IMG/VR virus record: IMGVR_UViG_3300042258_000071
Location: 128,001 to 192,000 of that record
Direction: 5' to 3' (one strand)
DNA: 64,000 nt
Source of the DNA: a virus
Lineage: Duplodnaviria; Caudoviricetes
Part shown: positions 1 to 9,311 of the stretch, one piece after another
Layout: each line of letters starts with the position of its first letter
Position numbering within the stretch: position 1 is the first letter of the stretch
Translations under genes and position numbers: made by a program
Notes under the pieces: generated by a model
Told to the model about the DNA's origin: nothing
The model's input: the letters and a program-made list of their open reading frames with translations, nothing else
Database searches by the model: none

Positions 1-1789
1 ATATGTTCATCGCATCGATGATGTTGGGGTTGGTCAGATCACTCATAATGATCTTAGTATTACCACAGACGTTGTAGATGCCTATCGTACGTATCTAAAT
101 GATCAGGATCTTAAGATCCATGTGCGAGTAAGGACCCATACAAAAGATAATGTTCTTATTAATGACTTGTTTTATGTATCCTTTTTATATATCTGTTCCG
201 ATGAAGATATCCTTAAACATCTTCGAGGAGAGTTGGATAACACTTTATCTTTTTGGAAAGCATCTTCTCTTGAGAACAGCTTTTATACCCGTATGATGTT
301 TGATACTCCTAACTCTACAGATAAATCCGTTCTTGATGAATATATTGCTGGACTAGGATATTACACCGTTGCAGCTATTTTATCAAATCATGTGACTACC
401 TTTAAAACAGGTAATATGCAACGCCAATTCCGGGTTTACAAACCAGTTGCTCTTATTGGAAAATCTTGTTACCCCATGGTGTATCTTAGAGGGTATAAAT
501 TACAAGATGACCAATTCACATATGGAGATCAGTATTCGCATTCTGTCCGTATCACACTTAGCGATGACGTGTATCTAGGGAGTGAAAATGATCTTGTGAT
601 TGCGCTTATAGAGAACGGTTCTGGGCGTCCATATGTCTTTACGCCAGATGTGAGTCATACCACAATCACAGTTCCCTTTCGAGATGTTCGTATTTTTGAA
701 GAACTTACAACCTCTGAATCGGTTAAAGGATACAGAGTTGAATCATTCCATCGATACATTGAGAATATAGAGACTCCTGGGTCACTTTCAGTGACAGACA
801 ATGGAGATGGGACAACAACGCTCTTATTTGGTCTTTCTAATTACAATAAAACATTTATCATTCAAAATCGTAATTTTTCCGTAAACATTAGCACATCACT
901 TGATGACATGATCTTTACGGAAAAAGGATCCCTGACCCTCCCCTTGCAAATTACATGTATGAATGACACTGATAAGGTTGTGCCTTTATTAGGGTATAAT
1001 ACCGTAGATGCTTATATGAACAGTTTAAAGTTAGTTGATAATCTCGATATAAGTGTCAATACTTTAAAAGACAGCGAAGACCGCCTCGCTGGATATGAAA
1101 TTTCCTTAAACACCCTTGATTATCTTAAAGAAGCCCCTGGGAATATTTTACAAACCATTGTCCATACTGGAACACAACTTTCAAATGAAGCAGGGTTTGT
1201 CTATAATGGAACCATCTCATTTGACAACAATATTAACCTCTGGTATCCAAATATCAGTCGTGCTTATGTTAAAGGTCTTCTTGTTTCAAAACTTGAAGAT
1301 TTCGGAACGTATCTGGTTCCCAACATGACGACCCACACTGGAGATGCTTACAAGATTGAGGTGCATCTTTTAGGAACAGTTGCTGAACTTCTCGATGGCT
1401 ATAGTTCGACTCCGGATATCAACAGGATTAATACAATTAGAGCTTATTTCAATCGGATATTAGAAGTAGATAAGTCTGTCGTTGTAGTTGATAGGTCTCA
1501 TCTCATTTTTTCTAATTATGTTGCCCAGATAACTCGAGATCTTGCACAAGGGGTTTTAGAGGTTGCAAACGATCCAGATGATGTGAGATTTCTAGTACAG
1601 TTTAATACCTATCGACATCTTAGAGATATTGATACAGCATTGAAAGATATGGATATCATTGACTTAACATACACTGGTATATATGGCACGTATACTAATT
1701 TCAGTGTATCTCCTGAGATTCGGAAAATCATCTTAAGGTTTGAGAAGTTAGTTCTCCCTTCAGATCCTAACAGCCTTGGAGGATTATAA
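1..1789 (+). CDS. phiKZ-like virion structural protein (baseplate/tail region), 5' end outside window
   Basis: Frame of the 122..1789 ORF is open back to position 2; first gene of a tightly packed structural cluster; family assignment from context only. Confidence 0.55.
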   Translation, partial: YVHRIDDVGVGQITHNDLSITTDVVDAYRTYLNDQDLKIHVRVRTHTKDNVLINDLFYVSFLYICSDEDILKHLRGELDNTLSFWKASSLENSFYTRMMFDTPNSTDKSVLDEYIAGLGYYTVAAILSNHVTTFKTGNMQRQFRVYKPVALIGKSCYPMVYLRGYKLQDDQFTYGDQYSHSVRITLSDDVYLGSENDLVIALIENGSGRPYVFTPDVSHTTITVPFRDVRIFEELTTSESVKGYRVESFHRYIENIETPGSLSVTDNGDGTTTLLFGLSNYNKTFIIQNRNFSVNISTSLDDMIFTEKGSLTLPLQITCMNDTDKVVPLLGYNTVDAYMNSLKLVDNLDISVNTLKDSEDRLAGYEISLNTLDYLKEAPGNILQTIVHTGTQLSNEAGFVYNGTISFDNNINLWYPNISRAYVKGLLVSKLEDFGTYLVPNMTTHTGDAYKIEVHLLGTVAELLDGYSSTPDINRINTIRAYFNRILEVDKSVVVVDRSHLIFSNYVAQITRDLAQGVLEVANDPDDVRFLVQFNTYRHLRDIDTALKDMDIIDLTYTGIYGTYTNFSVSPEIRKIILRFEKLVLPSDPNSLGGL

Positions 1790-3484
1790 ATGGCTGATCT
1801 TGAACTCCATAATGAAATTGAAGAACATTCTCGAACACATCGACTTATCGATATCTATGATCCCGATAATCCAGAGGGATCGGGTAATGTTGTTCCTTCT
1901 GTAGGATCTGTACTGACAAGTGGTTCTCGTATCTATGTTGTCACAGCAGTTAACTCTGTTACGTATAAGACAACATATGTTCAAGCAACCATCGTTGTTA
2001 CAGATGAGGATGCAGGAGACCAGGTTTCCATCGTGTCTTATGGAAATGATTATTTTTGTCTATACACTGATGATCGGAACAGCCCAACTCGGCTTCAACC
2101 TGACACCCGACTGGTTATTACAGGACGATCGCCAGCAAGGTATCGTCTTATTATTAACAAGGGCACTCCTAATGAAAAAGTTATTTCCAAGTATTATGGA
2201 AGTAACGGTGAAGAACTCTCTGATTACGTACCCATGTTGCAAATTCTCACCAGTGATAATCAACCTTCTGGAAATTCATATGCCTTTCCCTGTCACACAT
2301 CAGATATCCTCACTGAGGGACAGGAAGTTCACATGGTTATCTATAATGACCATGGGGCTTCTGTTGCAGAAGTCAATCTCTTCGTTAAGAATTCTGCGAT
2401 CCTAAATGAGACCCCAGGCTTTCGACCAAGGATCACAGGACTTAAAGTGACCTCCCCTCATACTCGCAGTAATGGGGAAATTTTTATCTTTGAAACTCAA
2501 GATCCTGATTCTCTTAACATGCAGTTATATGTGACTTATAATGATGGGAATGAACAACCTGTTGATATTGATAATCAAAAAACATTTGTCTTTAATCTCG
2601 AACGCTTCATTGCGTCCTATGCTGGTATGACACAGGAAGTTCTCTTTAAATATTACTTAAGTAACACAGAAGAATTAGCACCTGGTGTAACACCTGAACC
2701 TGGATCTTTTATTTCCATTCGTGTCCCGATTATTGTAGTTCCTAATGAACTTGGTGTTACAGCTAAAGTATCTGTTCAGCCAAGATGGTCTCAATCTGCA
2801 AGTCAGTGGCTCTTAAAGTATTATCTCTATACGACAGATCGTGACACCATGATTGATGTTACCCCTCACACGACAATCACGGAAGGGTCCTTTTCAGGAA
2901 CTTCTAGTTATATGGGGATATGGCAAGAATTTGAGATCGCTGTTGATATGATGGCAGCCATTCCTTCTCAGTATAGCGTTCCTCTCATGCATCGGCAACC
3001 TGTTGCTGTACGCCTTCAAAACATTTCAATTTACGAACGATACCTCCTTCGAGATGGCATGGGAAGTCCTGTCATCTATGGAGTGGATAGTCAGACGTCC
3101 AATCGTCCTATCCTAATGTATGATACTTCTCTTGAAAGATATTTTATTCCAACATCTATTTTTGAGACCAAAGATGAGTTCTTAAACTCATTTTACTTCA
3201 AAGCATCACCCCCATACCTCTCTGATACCGAAGATCTCCCACCGACCCCAACACATTTTACAGTACGCGATATGTCTAACGGTATGATGATCATCAGTGA
3301 TCCTATTTCTGTAGATGATTATAATCAAGCCTTTAGTGTTATCGGAACACCGAAGGATCGCTTCACAGGTTCAGCTTCTAATGTCACCTTTGAATTTATT
3401 TATCGTCAGGATGCTTCTACAGATCTCATTCTTTATGGGGTCCCTGTAGATGTCCGAGTATCTGAGGCTGGATACCAAGGATAG
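1790..3484 (+). CDS. phiKZ-like virion structural protein (putative baseplate)
   Basis: 564 aa, abuts previous stop, GGAGG RBS; beta-rich and recalled as resembling conserved phiKZ-group structural proteins. Confidence 0.55.
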   Translation: MADLELHNEIEEHSRTHRLIDIYDPDNPEGSGNVVPSVGSVLTSGSRIYVVTAVNSVTYKTTYVQATIVVTDEDAGDQVSIVSYGNDYFCLYTDDRNSPTRLQPDTRLVITGRSPARYRLIINKGTPNEKVISKYYGSNGEELSDYVPMLQILTSDNQPSGNSYAFPCHTSDILTEGQEVHMVIYNDHGASVAEVNLFVKNSAILNETPGFRPRITGLKVTSPHTRSNGEIFIFETQDPDSLNMQLYVTYNDGNEQPVDIDNQKTFVFNLERFIASYAGMTQEVLFKYYLSNTEELAPGVTPEPGSFISIRVPIIVVPNELGVTAKVSVQPRWSQSASQWLLKYYLYTTDRDTMIDVTPHTTITEGSFSGTSSYMGIWQEFEIAVDMMAAIPSQYSVPLMHRQPVAVRLQNISIYERYLLRDGMGSPVIYGVDSQTSNRPILMYDTSLERYFIPTSIFETKDEFLNSFYFKASPPYLSDTEDLPPTPTHFTVRDMSNGMMIISDPISVDDYNQAFSVIGTPKDRFTGSASNVTFEFIYRQDASTDLILYGVPVDVRVSEAGYQG

Positions 3485-3501
3485 TAAATACGTAATACCA
3501 A

Positions 3502-3529
3502 GGAGTATGGGAGAATTCTCCCATACTCC
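3502..3529 (+). terminator. perfect 28-bp palindrome, terminator-like hairpin
   Basis: GGAGTATGGGAGAATTCTCCCATACTCC right after the 3484 stop. Confidence 0.7.
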
Positions 3530-3573
3530 GTGCTTTATCCTATGATTTAAGTATTTAGACATTTAAGATAAGG

Positions 3574-4926
3574 ATGTCCTTCATGGATGTAGCATATGCA
3601 TCAACATTCCACATTAAAAATCGTGAAGTATTCGAAGATAAAAATTCAGAAGAAATACTGGCCACCCTTATTGAGACGAATGCTTATGTAAGTGTTCTTA
3701 TAAATGGTCAGTATTCTGTTCTTGACATGAAACGTCTTCATTTTAAAACCTTAGTTTCCATTGATGAAACTTTGACAATCTCAAATTTTCTAGAAAATCA
3801 TCTAACAGATATGTTGTATGTAACTCTTTCTTCATCTGAATCCTTTCCCCTTAAATCCGTCTCTTCAGGAAAGTTTGAAAATAGGGTAGAAACATTCGAT
3901 CCTCATACACTTGACGCGTATAAGGTCGAGTATACTTCAATTCAGACTCCTGATATACGAAATAATGTAAATCTTAAAGATTGGTTGTATGATCTTGTTA
4001 TATCAACATCAGATGATACCTTTTTAGAACACTGTCTTGTCAGTGTTAATGGTGTTTTACATAGAACGATTTATCATAATGAGGAGCTTTATGTTTCTCA
4101 AGGATATGCGAATATGAAAACATCTAACCTCTATGAGACATTAGTCATTGATACTTCTAAAGTTGGGGGGCATGAAATTGTTGACATCACTGAAGATATG
4201 ATTCTTAATACAGAAACGGAATCTCTTTTAAAGGGTATCAGGTTAAAGATGCCAAGTGGTGTTTCTTTGAAAGATAAGAGTGTGCTCTTGTCTATCCATG
4301 GTAGATTGTGTGTATTTGACACATTTTACAAAGTAACAGGTAAGACCAGTATTAAGATTGATATTAACAAGTTTGATGGTAAACACTTCATCCTCAATCA
4401 CCCTCTAACAAGATGGTCGCGTCAGTATCGGTCACCAGGAAATTTCCCTTTAGAGGGAGACCTCCCCTCTAACAGTCAGCAGCTCTCCCCTCCCTGGCCA
4501 GAAGACAGTCCCCTCTACACAAATTTTATTGACGAGGGGGGGCGTATCAGTGCGTCCTATTTAAACAGTGAACAGTTTGTACGAGATCTACTAGCCTCTC
4601 GTCACAGTTTCATTATCTTGATTAATACATCCACATTATTTAAACGTACATTCGATCTAGAACCTACTTTTGTTCCAGGTATCCATACGGGACATCACGT
4701 AGGTACACCCAGAGGGATCTTAACGTATAATGATCTTTGGACGCTTCCTTACACGATCCTGTCTTCTCAAGACAGATACCATACTCTTATGATTAACTCT
4801 AGACGTTTTACAGATGACATTTCTAAAACAATTGAAAACCCTGAAGTTTACATCGCCCCATGGTTTAATCTGAAATTATCAGATCATATCCCACATGTTA
4901 AGCTTACAGAGTTATATGTACCATAA
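3574..4926 (+). CDS. phiKZ-like virion structural protein
   Basis: 450 aa; contains CLVSVNGVLHRT and VLLSIHGRL segments; preceded by an ATCCTATG late-promoter-like motif. Confidence 0.5.
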   Translation: MSFMDVAYASTFHIKNREVFEDKNSEEILATLIETNAYVSVLINGQYSVLDMKRLHFKTLVSIDETLTISNFLENHLTDMLYVTLSSSESFPLKSVSSGKFENRVETFDPHTLDAYKVEYTSIQTPDIRNNVNLKDWLYDLVISTSDDTFLEHCLVSVNGVLHRTIYHNEELYVSQGYANMKTSNLYETLVIDTSKVGGHEIVDITEDMILNTETESLLKGIRLKMPSGVSLKDKSVLLSIHGRLCVFDTFYKVTGKTSIKIDINKFDGKHFILNHPLTRWSRQYRSPGNFPLEGDLPSNSQQLSPPWPEDSPLYTNFIDEGGRISASYLNSEQFVRDLLASRHSFIILINTSTLFKRTFDLEPTFVPGIHTGHHVGTPRGILTYNDLWTLPYTILSSQDRYHTLMINSRRFTDDISKTIENPEVYIAPWFNLKLSDHIPHVKLTELYVP

Positions 4927-4936
4927 TGTTAAAATA

Positions 4937-4964
4937 AGATAAGGGAGGTAACTCTCCCTTATCT
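4937..4964 (+). terminator. hairpin terminator
   Basis: AGATAAGGGAG/CTCCCTTATCT stem after the stop codon. Confidence 0.6.
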
Positions 4965-5026
4965 CTATGTCTCATGATAATCCATGTTATGTTATTTGAG
5001 ATATATCAGTTGGAGTATACTGTTCC

Positions 5027-5617
5027 ATGTCAGGACAATCGTCGACCTTAACAAACATTGTTAAAGCTATAGTTGATCGTAAATATGCAGCTATTCGAAG
5101 AATCATTTCGCGGAGTCCAACGACCACTATTAAAGGGTTAGTTCGTGTTGCAACTGAACAAGAAATTTATCAGGGATCTGATGTTACTGCTATTGCAAAG
5201 CCGAATCAGCTTCACACTCTTTTAACCCCATATGACATTCCTTTTAATGCGGGATTTGATGGGGATATGGAAGCTGAAGATCTTGAAGTGAAGCAGTATG
5301 GTCGTATCATACTGTCACGTGATCTTGAGATTGTAGACTTTGTTGCACAACTCCAAACCCCCTCTGTGGGATCCTTTGTTGAAATCGATATCGAGTACTC
5401 TCTAAACTATCTTACACCATCTTGGGTATCCATTTTTCTTGTTAAACCCAGATTCGCAGAAGGTAGCACTGTTATAACAACTGTTGGAACTCTAACAACT
5501 GCCAATCTTGCCATCCCAAAAGGATCAATTATTAGATTTAGAATTACCAATACTGGAACAAGTACCCCTGGTGCTCGTTTAAATGTTGGTATTGCCGGGA
5601 GAGGGACATTAGTATAA
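5027..5617 (+). CDS. putative tail fibre/tail tip component
   Basis: 196 aa; KGLVRVATEQEI resembles a tail-fibre repeat; overlaps the next adhesin start (TAATG). Confidence 0.5.
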   Translation: MSGQSSTLTNIVKAIVDRKYAAIRRIISRSPTTTIKGLVRVATEQEIYQGSDVTAIAKPNQLHTLLTPYDIPFNAGFDGDMEAEDLEVKQYGRIILSRDLEIVDFVAQLQTPSVGSFVEIDIEYSLNYLTPSWVSIFLVKPRFAEGSTVITTVGTLTTANLAIPKGSIIRFRITNTGTSTPGARLNVGIAGRGTLV

Positions 5618-6355
5618 TGATTTATACGTCACCCAACATTTTTCAAAACGCTTCTAAAAACTTTGACCTCACATTACAGAATGATTATAATGTCGTTTTA
5701 AGTAATAAAATTCTAGACTTAGGATGGAATGGACATTCTAAAGTAAACATAAACGTTCTTATACCCCAAGGCGTTGCCATAGGGTCTTTAAATACCGCAT
5801 TGGCAGCACTTCGTCCAGGTACCCTTCCTGAAGGATCAACTTTTAAAGTTGAAATACATGGAGAGATAATTGGGAAAGGAGGCACTGGTGGTTTTGGAAC
5901 AGAGCAGAGATACGCGCGAGGAGGTAATGGGACGCGTGGTGGTACAGGATTTACCTCTGAAGGGTACGAATGCACTATAAATAACTTCGGCCGTATAGCC
6001 GGTGGTGGTGGAGGTGGTGCCGGATCTGGTAATGAAGCTCCGAATGGGGAAACCTATGACGACCCTGGTGGCTCAGGGGGGGGGCGCCGGTTGGCAACCT
6101 GGCACTAGAGGATATGGTAGTCGCGCTGGTCAGAACGGGTCAAAATACTCCGGTGGTCTTGGCGGCGTAAATGATCGAGGTGATGGGGGCGGAACTGGTG
6201 GACGTGCTGGTCGAGGTGGGAACCTCGGACAGGCTGGTGGGTACTCCTATGGTAACTATGGAGGCACACCAGGTCCTGGAGGGTATTCCATTATTGGAGA
6301 CTCTACAGTAACCTGGATCAACACTGGAATCAGAGAAGGACCCATTACCTCTTAA
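5617..6355 (+). pseudogene. Gly-rich gp38-like tail fibre adhesin, frameshifted at G9 tract (6076-6084)
   Basis: ORFs 5617..6108 and 6002..6355 join into one 245-aa protein (…PGGSGGGAGWQPG…) if one G is removed; collinear with the intact paralogue 6383..7078. Confidence 0.75.
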
Positions 6356-6382
6356 TCTTAACACTAAGAGGATATATCTAAT

Positions 6383-7078
6383 ATGCTGTATACCTCCCCA
6401 AGTATCTTATCTCCAAGTTCTGTCATAAAAGCGGAATTAATCATCACTTCTAATATTAATAATTTAAATCTTAAAAACTGGGTTATGTCTCAGATCGGGT
6501 GGGATGGAGTGCGACCCATCGAGGCCACTGTTACTGTGGCCTCAGGTGTCATCATTGGGAGTATTCGTCCATATGGATATGGGGGATATTACTCATATGG
6601 AACCATTCTTCAAGGATATACCGGGTTTTCAACAGGAGATTTTCCTACAGATTCTGTTGTAAATTTAATTGTAGAAGCAGGTGCTTACATTGTAGGCCAT
6701 GGTGGATCTGCCGTCGACCGAGACAAGGGTGTTCGTAAGACGGGGGGTGACGCCATGTGGATCACTTCTCCGATCTCGATATGGAATTATGGAATTATAT
6801 CTGGAGGAGGAGGTGGAGGCGGCAACTCTGTTTACTGGGGCGGCTCTGGTGGAGCTGGATGGGATCCAGGATATGGAGGGGGTGAACGTAACTATGGCGG
6901 AAACGCCTCTCTGACAACTGGCGGCTCTGCCGGTGGTGGGGGTCGTGGTGGGAACTTGGGTGCAAATGGGAACCCAGGAGATTGGGGTGCTAGAGGACTC
7001 GCAGGTTATGCCGTTAACACTGGAAACAGCCTTGTGACTTGGCAGGTTGTTGGTGATCGTCGAGGTAGTGTCTATTAA
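6383..7078 (+). CDS. Gly-rich gp38-like receptor-binding adhesin
   Basis: IVGHGG, GGDAM, NYGIISGGGGGGG, GGAGW motifs and C-terminal W..GDRRG as in T-even gp38 polyglycine adhesins. Confidence 0.75.
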   Translation: MLYTSPSILSPSSVIKAELIITSNINNLNLKNWVMSQIGWDGVRPIEATVTVASGVIIGSIRPYGYGGYYSYGTILQGYTGFSTGDFPTDSVVNLIVEAGAYIVGHGGSAVDRDKGVRKTGGDAMWITSPISIWNYGIISGGGGGGGNSVYWGGSGGAGWDPGYGGGERNYGGNASLTTGGSAGGGGRGGNLGANGNPGDWGARGLAGYAVNTGNSLVTWQVVGDRRGSVY

Positions 7079-7102
7079 TGAGAGGAAGGACCTATTTTAA
7101 AA

Positions 7103-7747
7103 ATGAAAAAATTTCCATATGCAATTGTTGAAGGTAAAACTGTTCTTAAAATCACACATGACACAATGGAGACTGCTTTTGAGAATCTTCCTAAAGATGA
7201 TAATGGGAACCTTCTCAAAAGACCCTTCCAAATAAATGAAACGATACCATCTGAATATGAAGAAGGATTTTATTATCTTGAAACATGGCTAGATGTTAAA
7301 CCTAAACGTGTCATTCAACGATACGTTGCCAGGAAAATTGATATTAACGAACTCTATCTCCTTAAAAAAGAAGAAGTTAATGTTAAATTGGACAGTGCTT
7401 TAAGTACTGGTGTAACACATGACGGTCATTGGTATCAAGCTGATACCTTCTCCCTCTCAGCTATTGCTTCAAATGCAGTTGAGGCTCAGGCAGCCACTGT
7501 AAAATCAAACTATACTGTTAAATGGTACGATGCTAAGAATGAAGTTGTAGAACATGACAAAACATCATTTATTGAACTGCATCGTAAGATTAACGCTTTT
7601 CACACAACATTACGTTCCAGGGCACGTGTTCTTAAAGATGATCTTTTAAAAGAACTACAGTCTGAGAACTGGGATGCTCTAAAGAATCATCCTATCGTAT
7701 TTATATCGCCAGAAGAGTATGATGAGAATGTCACTGAAGCAGGGTGA
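7103..7747 (+). CDS. DUF4376-like tail fibre-associated protein
   Basis: C-terminal GHWYQAD…VKWYDAKNEVV pattern; directly follows the adhesins. Confidence 0.6.
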   Translation: MKKFPYAIVEGKTVLKITHDTMETAFENLPKDDNGNLLKRPFQINETIPSEYEEGFYYLETWLDVKPKRVIQRYVARKIDINELYLLKKEEVNVKLDSALSTGVTHDGHWYQADTFSLSAIASNAVEAQAATVKSNYTVKWYDAKNEVVEHDKTSFIELHRKINAFHTTLRSRARVLKDDLLKELQSENWDALKNHPIVFISPEEYDENVTEAG

Positions 7748-7760
7748 TTTATAGATATAG

Positions 7761-7794
7761 ATATACAGAGTGGCCATCTGGCCACTCTGTATAT
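7761..7794 (+). terminator. 16-bp stem hairpin
   Basis: ATATACAGAGTGGCCA-TC-TGGCCACTCTGTATAT. Confidence 0.7.
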
Positions 7795-7849
7795 ACTTTA
7801 TATACCTATGATCATCCTATGATTTTAACCTTTTTAAATATAGGTAATA

Positions 7850-8614
7850 TTGATCATGTTGAATTTAGAAGAACTTAAACACCTTAAACCTGTTAAAGAT
7901 CTCATGGCGTTCTTTGAGTATAATTCAAAAGATAAAACGATGACATTCACAGGTGAGACTCTTACGGTCCTTATACCTAAGAGATTTGAAGCATATGGAA
8001 TGCTAGCTCTTGGGAATATTGTTGAGACAATTGGGATCATGGAATTGTATATTGACAACAAGTATTTATCACATTTACATCTTCTTGCTAAGATTAAGAC
8101 GGACCCTTCCGATATTGCAGTTTTTACACGAGACGGTATCGACTATCAAATTCTCAGTTATCAGACAGGTGATACCTTCCTTCTTAATACTGAAGTTGTC
8201 AAAAACCCAAAAACCATGTATGCTCTTCACACTGAGTTCATTACACGTGGTAACATCCCAAGTGGATACTCCTATGATGACCTTTCCTGGATTTACGACA
8301 CGGCAGGTGAAATTGCTGATGCTAAAATTCCTGTAGATCATGCTATCTATGAAATGATGTTTGCACATCTAGCCCGTGATAATAAAGACATGTTTAACCA
8401 ATATCGATATACTGATATGACGGGAGGATATGTATTTGTAGGTCTAAGAGATGTTGCATTTGCACCGACATCTAACACTGCAAGAAGTATTGGGTCTTAT
8501 TTCTCAGAAGGTCTTAATGCAGCACTTATTAAAGAAGAGACTCAAGAGCATCTCTTTGAGAATCTCTTACGAGGGATCCCAACTCAGGAAGCATCTGAAG
8601 AAAACCCTTCTTAA
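7850..8614 (+). CDS. probable virion RNA polymerase beta' C-terminal subunit (phiKZ gp176/SPN3US gp244-like)
   Basis: C-terminal TARSIGSYFSEGLNAAL…FENLLRG recalls the beta' C-terminus; near the prohead protease as in phiKZ-like phages. Confidence 0.6.
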   Translation: MIMLNLEELKHLKPVKDLMAFFEYNSKDKTMTFTGETLTVLIPKRFEAYGMLALGNIVETIGIMELYIDNKYLSHLHLLAKIKTDPSDIAVFTRDGIDYQILSYQTGDTFLLNTEVVKNPKTMYALHTEFITRGNIPSGYSYDDLSWIYDTAGEIADAKIPVDHAIYEMMFAHLARDNKDMFNQYRYTDMTGGYVFVGLRDVAFAPTSNTARSIGSYFSEGLNAALIKEETQEHLFENLLRGIPTQEASEENPS

Positions 8615-8674
8615 AATAAAAATTCTAGAGGATATAAATAATATGTTAAAAGTGGCGTCCATCTATTCTTAAGG

Positions 8675-8692
8675 TATATATTTCTATTATGA
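8675..8692 (+). promoter_or_regulatory. early-promoter-like motif (one-mismatch variant)
   Basis: TATATATTTCTATTATGA versus window consensus ATATATTAC-N5-TGA. Confidence 0.55.
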
Positions 8693-9226
8693 ATCACGGT
8701 ATCAGATCAACAGGGCTGATATATGTAATGCGATTCAAGGGCCATCCCAACCTCTTTTGATCAATACCTGTTGTTTCCGTCGTTAGAGATTTTCAAGACC
8801 TCTACCCTCGCACTTAAAGGTGTGTGTAGGGTTTTGTGAGAAGGTTTCTAACATTTTAATCAGGGACATTGCGGAGTCCCATTGCAACTTGCCGAAATCA
8901 TAGGGAGACTCACCATGCTTGATTTTCGTTAGTTAGGTCATCTTCCATTTAAACGTCCTCTCTTTGCCAGGGTCTGTTATCATTAAAGACCAGCTTATGA
9001 GGGGATCCAACAACCTGTGATCGCTAAAGTTGATGATCTCACCTGACATCCGAGTGAAGTTAGGTGAGATTGTCTGTCCATGAGAATAAAGGGTCAGAGC
9101 ATCCTAAGTAACTGGTTAAGGTGGTAGGTTCCACCCGAGGCTCATACTGTCACCCAAAGACAGCGGTTCCAGTAGGACGGAGAGAGTATTTAAAACCGGT
9201 ACTCTCTTGAAAGTATTCTAATCATG
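8690..9226 (+). ncRNA. candidate large structured non-coding RNA (~540 nt), family unknown
   Basis: No ORF in the track; at least 8 helices identified by eye (e.g. 9032-9047/9059-9074, 8782-8790/8844-8852, 9181-9188/9200-9207); flanked by a promoter motif and a terminator. Confidence 0.6.
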
Positions 9227-9272
9227 ATAAGGGGAGGGTGGTGCGTTACGCACCACCCTCCCCTTATTTATT
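9227..9272 (+). terminator. 20-bp stem terminator
   Basis: ATAAGGGGAGGGTGGTGCGT-T-ACGCACCACCCTCCCCTTAT followed by TTATT. Confidence 0.8.
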
Positions 9273-9311
9273 CTGCCTTTAAATTTTTAAGACAACTGCG
9301 GAGAATTCCAT

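Noticed and set aside
5617-7078. Diversity-generating retroelement or invertase shufflon acting on the adhesins
   Set aside because: No reverse transcriptase, TR/VR pair, recombinase or inverted crossover sites in the window
8690-9226. tmRNA, RNase P, tRNA cluster or group I/II intron identity for the structured region
   Set aside because: No tRNA-like ends or CCA, no RNase P GAGGAAAGUCC core, no evident intron catalytic motifs, and it does not interrupt a gene
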